Of a stretch of DNA of 20,416 bases, positions 17,208-20,416 are shown one piece after another. Position 1 is the first letter of the stretch. Each line of letters opens with the position of its first letter. The DNA comes from Crocinitomicaceae bacterium (lineage in GTDB: Bacteria > Bacteroidota > Bacteroidia > Flavobacteriales_D > Crocinitomicaceae): positions 17,551 to 37,966 of the forward strand of contig JBBIIM010000010.1 of NCBI GenBank assembly GCA_037446475.1, read 5' to 3'. The notes under the pieces are model-generated. The model saw only the letters and a program-made list of their open reading frames with translations. It had not been told where the DNA came from and made no database searches. Both the position numbers and the translations under genes were made by a program.

Positions 17208-18821
17208 TTATTCTACAATTTCCGCGTCCTGGCTATTGTTTGGCTTCTCGCCTTTGTTTCCCTTTTGCTTCGGATGAACCGAATTGCCGTTTTCGGTGCT
17301 TTCTTCTTTGCCGGGCTGCGCCAAATAAGAAGGCAAATTCAATCCGGCAAGGTTAAACAAATCATTGAGCGGCGGCACGGATTTCATCAAACCTGATACA
17401 AAATTGGCCGTTGATGTGCTACCGTTTTCCGCATTACCCCCGTCCCAAACCGTAACTTTGTCAATCTTGATGTTTTTAACCGCATCCACTTGGGTTTTAA
17501 CCAACTCAGGCAACTTCTCAATAAGCAGCAACTGAAAGGCTTTGTTTGGGTCGCCGGCAGCGGCAGCAACCACTTGCTTGTAACCCTCTGCCTGTTTGGT
17601 AAGTATTTCGTACAAACCGCGGGCCTCAGCATCCATTTTTGCGAAAATCGCATCGGCCTCCCCTTTGGCTTGCACCCTGATTTTTTCTGCTTCAGCCTGC
17701 GCCTCTATGATTGCGCGTTGTTTCGCAATTTCCGCCGGAACCACAATATTCGCATTTTGCGTAGCACGCTCGCGTTCAGCACGCTGTGATTCAGCTGTTT
17801 GCTCCGCTTTATACGCTTCCTCCAAGGCTTTCGCTTGTTGCACTTTTTCTGCAGCAATCGCGATTCTAAGTGCCTCGGCCTCTCGCTCTCTTCTTTTCGC
17901 TTCTGAGTCCGCAATCTGTATGCGGGCTTCGTTTTCCCCTTGCACCGCAATCGCGTTGGCCTCGGATATTTTCACACGTGAGTCTCGTTCAGCTTCAGCC
18001 TTTCCGATAGATTCATCACGCCGTGCCAAGGCTATTTGTACCTCGCGATCTTTTTCGGTCATGGCAATTTTGGTGTCACGGTCTCGGTGCGTTTCCGCAA
18101 TCTGCACATCCTTTTCTCTATCCGCCATGGCTTTTCCGGTCTCTCCAAAACGCTCTTGTTCCGCAACACTTACCTTCGCTTCGTTAATTGCTTTTGCAGC
18201 GGCTTCTTTACCCAATGCTTCAATGTAACCCGATTCATCTTTGATATCGGTAACGTTTACGTTGATGAGTTTCAAACCAATTTTTTTCAACTCCGTGTCC
18301 ACATTTTTGGAAATGTTATCCAAAAACTTGTCGCGGTCGGTATTGATTTCCTCGATGGTCATCGTAGCAATCACCAAGCGCAACTGACCAAAAAGAATGT
18401 CTTTTGAAAGTTCCTGAATTTGATCCGGCTTCAAGCCCAACAAACGCTCTGCTGCCGAACCCATCGTGTCTTGATCCGTTGAAATAGCGATCGTGAAGCG
18501 ACAAGGCACATCCACACGAATGTTTTGTCTGGAAAGCGCATTGGTCAGGTTGGCCTCAATGGAAATCGGCTTCAAATCCAAATAGGCATAATCCTGAATC
18601 ACAGGCCAAATGAATGCTCCGCCTCCGTGAATACAACGCGCAGAAGAACCACCTGTTTTACCATAAACCACCAATATCTTATCCGATGGACAGCGTTTGA
18701 AACGGGATAAAATAACCAAAATCAACGCAGCCAAAACTACCGCTGCGACAACGATTAAAGTAACCGGACTGGAAAGTGGGGTTTCCATGTTGTCCAAAGA
18801 AATTTGAAGTAAGGAACTCAT
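17208..18821 (-). CDS. Flotillin family protein (SPFH/band-7 domain, YqiK-like) with a long Ala/Glu-rich coiled-coil
   Basis: N-terminal TM (VTLIVVAAVVLAALILVILS). SPFH core (ILVVYGKTGG...IWPVIQDYAYLDLKPISIEANL...LRLVIATMTIEEINTDRDKF). Extended EA-repeat region (AEQERFGETGKAMADREKDVQIAE...). C-terminal flotillin tail. Start trimmed to MSSLLQ (alternative METPL at 18788; the track ORF extends to 18866). Confidence 0.8.
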   Translation of the reverse strand: MSSLLQISLDNMETPLSSPVTLIVVAAVVLAALILVILSRFKRCPSDKILVVYGKTGGSSARCIHGGGAFIWPVIQDYAYLDLKPISIEANLTNALSRQNIRVDVPCRFTIAISTDQDTMGSAAERLLGLKPDQIQELSKDILFGQLRLVIATMTIEEINTDRDKFLDNISKNVDTELKKIGLKLINVNVTDIKDESGYIEALGKEAAAKAINEAKVSVAEQERFGETGKAMADREKDVQIAETHRDRDTKIAMTEKDREVQIALARRDESIGKAEAERDSRVKISEANAIAVQGENEARIQIADSEAKRREREAEALRIAIAAEKVQQAKALEEAYKAEQTAESQRAERERATQNANIVVPAEIAKQRAIIEAQAEAEKIRVQAKGEADAIFAKMDAEARGLYEILTKQAEGYKQVVAAAAGDPNKAFQLLLIEKLPELVKTQVDAVKNIKIDKVTVWDGGNAENGSTSTANFVSGLMKSVPPLNDLFNLAGLNLPSYLAQPGKEESTENGNSVHPKQKGNKGEKPNNSQDAEIVE

Positions 18822-18844
18822 GATCAAAAATTTATCGTTAATAA

Positions 18845-19411
18845 TTATAGTTTTTCCACAAGGCAAAGATTATCGTCAAGGATTTCAATCACACGGATCA
18901 CCGTGCCGGAATGCAGGCTCTCACCCTGCGTCACCGCTTGAAATTCACGTTGCGAACCTCGGATGCTCACTTGTATTTTGCCAATCCCTGATTTGTTCTC
19001 AGGAACGGTCAAATACACGGAACCTGTTTTCTGCAACGCGTCAGTTATTTTAACAGTATTGTCTTCTTGCAATTTGGTCATTTGCTTCATCACAAAAAGG
19101 AAAACAAAGAGGAATGCCGTTCCAATCAGAAAAGCGACAATGACCAAAATGGTTTTGTTTTCAAATAGATTCCAAAGCGAAATACCGCCCCAACTGAAGC
19201 CCAACAGGAAGTTGATTAGGTTTCTGAGCGAGAAGAGCTGGAAGGGCGTGTCTCCGTCCAAATCGCCACTGAAATCGGCTCCTCCGCCATCATTAGCATC
19301 CGCCCCAATGAATGTCATTACGGTTTGAATCAGAAAAATGACTGAAGTGGGCAGAGCCACATACCAGAAAACTCTTAATTCAGGGGCTGCACTGTCTAAA
19401 AACTCGAACAT
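18845..19411 (-). CDS. NfeD-like / YqiJ-family membrane protein (OB-fold C-terminus), partner of the flotillin
   Basis: Two N-terminal TM segments, an acidic Gly/Asp-rich loop (ADANDGGGADFSGDLDGDTPF) as in E. coli YqiJ, two further TM helices and a C-terminal beta-rich (OB-like) domain (GKIQVSIRGSQREFQAVT...GTVIRVIEI). It sits 23 bp upstream of the flotillin gene, the same arrangement as yqiJ-yqiK. Confidence 0.65.
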   Translation of the reverse strand: MFEFLDSAAPELRVFWYVALPTSVIFLIQTVMTFIGADANDGGGADFSGDLDGDTPFQLFSLRNLINFLLGFSWGGISLWNLFENKTILVIVAFLIGTAFLFVFLFVMKQMTKLQEDNTVKITDALQKTGSVYLTVPENKSGIGKIQVSIRGSQREFQAVTQGESLHSGTVIRVIEILDDNLCLVEKL

Positions 19412-19431
19412 AGCCTATTTGCTTTTATTTA

Positions 19432-19692
19432 TTAAACATGTAAGTTCATGATGTCTTGAAACAAATCGTAGCCTTGTTGCTCGATTTCCTCTGAGAAGCC
19501 GCGTAAATCCTTTTTGGAAGTTGCGTCGTTCAAATGCGCAAGTGATGCATCATGAAAATCGAGTATTCTATCGATAAGCGCATCGCTTTTGTCTTTCAAG
19601 TTGGGCATTTCAATCTGCACGTTGTAAGCTTCATCCACAAGGTGATTTACCGTTTGCTTCAACAATTTTTTGGAATCTCTTATACTCGCCAT
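19432..19692 (-). CDS. Small hypothetical helical protein (about 86 aa), first gene of the putative NfeD-flotillin operon
   Basis: Complete ORF, 20 bp upstream of the NfeD-like gene. Acidic with predicted all-alpha composition and no TM segment. Start taken at MASIRD. Confidence 0.5.
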   Translation of the reverse strand: MASIRDSKKLLKQTVNHLVDEAYNVQIEMPNLKDKSDALIDRILDFHDASLAHLNDATSKKDLRGFSEEIEQQGYDLFQDIMNLHV

Positions 19693-19880
19693 AACCAATT
19701 AATTTGAGTGTGAATTTAGGTATTTTAGCGGATGACCTATTCACAAACTCAAAATAAATTGAAAAGTCAATTTTTTAGAATAGAAAAGGGATTCAAGGTT
19801 TTGTTTTTACCTAAAGACAGCCGACAGCAACTCAAATTTGGAAGAAAAGCACAAAATCGGGCATTTTTTTTCTGGCTTGG

Positions 19881-19909
19881 TTGTGGCAATCGAAAAACAT
19901 CTATCTTTG
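19881..19909 (+). promoter_or_regulatory. Bacteroidota sigma-A-type promoter for tRNA-Phe (-33 TTG ... -7 TAtcTTTG)
   Basis: ttgtgg at 19881-19886 and tatctttg at 19902-19909, with the tRNA 5' end at 19926. The spacing and motifs match the Bacteroidota consensus. Confidence 0.45.
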
Positions 19910-19925
19910 CAGCCACCAAAACGGA

Positions 19926-19998
19926 GGTGATGTAGCTCAGTTGGTAGAGCAAAGGACTGAAAATCCTTGTGTCGGCGGTTCGATTCCGTCCATCACCA
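19926..19998 (+). tRNA. tRNA-Phe (anticodon GAA), no encoded CCA
   Basis: Manual fold. Acceptor GGTGATG/CATCACC (7 bp). D-stem GCTC/GAGC with loop AGTTGGTA. Anticodon stem AAGGA/TCCTT with loop CTGAAAA (anticodon GAA). Variable loop GTGTC. T-stem GGCGG/CCGTC with loop TTCGATT. Discriminator A. Confidence 0.9.
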
Positions 19999-20033
19999 CT
20001 GAAAATCAAGGGAGGCTTAGGTCTCCCTTTTTT
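19979..20033 (+). repeat. Direct repeat copy 1 (tRNA-Phe positions 52-73 plus 33 bp of 3' flank including the terminator hairpin)
   Basis: The 55-bp string ttcgattccgtccatcaccactgaaaatcaagggaggcttaggtctccctttttt recurs exactly at 20362-20416. Confidence 0.9.
20005..20033 (+). terminator. Rho-independent terminator after tRNA-Phe
   Basis: agggaggcttaggtctccctttttt has a 7-bp stem with a GC-rich base and a T6 tail. An identical copy lies at 20388-20416. Confidence 0.6.
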
Positions 20034-20038
20034 GTTGT

Positions 20039-20338
20039 ATGGAACATTTCGTTTACATCCTACAAAGTCAAGTCAACGGCGCTTTTTACAAGGGCTGCAC
20101 GAATGACTTGTATCGCAGACTCCGCGAACATAATAACCGTGAGGAAAAAAGCACTGCCCGTTATGCGCCGTGGAATTTGGTGTGGAAATGCGTAAAACCG
20201 AATAAAACAGAGGCTTTAGTTCTTGAAAAAAAACTCAAAAATCTATCCCGTGAAAGATTGACCCAATTCATCGATAAATATCCCGTAGAAGCTAGTGTCG
20301 GCGGACCTGACGTGACGGGTTACCGTCAGTCAGGATGA
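20039..20338 (+). CDS. Stand-alone GIY-YIG nuclease family protein (99 aa)
   Basis: N-terminus FVYILQSQVNGAFYKGCTNDLYRRLREHN is the GIY-YIG core (GIY ... YxG ... R ... H/N). A downstream conserved Glu (EALVLEKKL) fits the catalytic Glu. No DNA-binding extension. The last 15 codons and the stop lie in a tRNA-3'-half-like sequence. Confidence 0.75.
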   Translation: MEHFVYILQSQVNGAFYKGCTNDLYRRLREHNNREEKSTARYAPWNLVWKCVKPNKTEALVLEKKLKNLSRERLTQFIDKYPVEASVGGPDVTGYRQSG

Positions 20339-20361
20339 TGACCAGCGCTGCTGCGTCATCA

Positions 20362-20416
20362 TTCGATTCCGTCCATCACCACTGAAAATCAAGGGAGGCT
20401 TAGGTCTCCCTTTTTT
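20362..20416 (+). repeat. Direct repeat copy 2 (identical 55 bp; runs to the window edge and may extend further)
   Basis: Exact match to 19979-20033. It is preceded at 20295-20304 by gtgtcggcgg, which equals tRNA positions 44-53, separated from it by a 57-nt two-hairpin insert. Confidence 0.9.

Noticed and set aside
17596-18228. 210-aa Ala/Ser/Cys-rich + strand ORF
   Set aside because: It is antisense to the EA-repeat region of the flotillin gene, a typical artefact of GC-rich repeat codons. The flotillin ORF is far better supported.
19767-20009. 80-aa minus-strand ORF
   Set aside because: It overlaps the tRNA-Phe gene and its promoter, and the translation has no features.
20295-20416. Possible second complete tRNA gene at the window end
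   Set aside because: Only the 3' half (positions 44-73, split by a 57-nt insert) is present. No D-arm or anticodon arm could be folded from the preceding sequence, so it is not a functional tRNA as seen. It could still be the 3' end of a longer tRNA-like element beyond the window.

Overview
This window is a 20.4-kb chromosomal segment with Bacteroidota-type sequence, probably Flavobacteriia or Sphingobacteriia. The evidence is AT-rich intergenic regions with -7 TAnnTTTG promoter boxes, T9SS C-terminal sorting domains and SBBP repeats. It is dense with housekeeping genes on both strands, listed in order. Plus strand, convergent on the block that follows: tandem-domain universal stress protein, SufE, and a lipoprotein. 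Minus strand: TonB, glutamate racemase MurI, and a SpoU/TrmH RNA methyltransferase. Tight minus-strand block of six genes: a GT-C-like polytopic membrane protein with a C-terminal beta-sandwich, an outer-membrane beta-barrel, an SBBP-repeat T9SS cargo protein, a small conserved hypothetical, a DUF2911-like secreted protein, and a DUF3817-like membrane protein. Plus strand: a small SRP (4.5S-type) RNA. Minus strand: an EamA/DMT transporter, a secreted protein with a CarbopepD_reg-like domain followed by a ~250-aa Lys/Glu/Ala-rich coiled coil, CutC, and ComF. Plus strand: CorA. Minus strand: an orphan 3-oxoacid CoA-transferase B subunit. Plus strand: a secreted hypothetical. Minus strand: an NfeD/YqiJ-like plus flotillin (YqiK-like) operon preceded by an 88-aa helical protein. 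The most unusual locus is at the 3' end. A tRNA-Phe(GAA) gene with a clear Bacteroidota promoter is followed by a 383-bp cassette bounded by a 55-bp direct repeat (tRNA 3' end plus terminator hairpin). The cassette carries a stand-alone 99-aa GIY-YIG nuclease gene. Its C-terminal codons and stop codon are built from a split copy of the tRNA 3' half interrupted by two hairpins. No CRISPR array, rRNA or obvious defence-system genes were seen.
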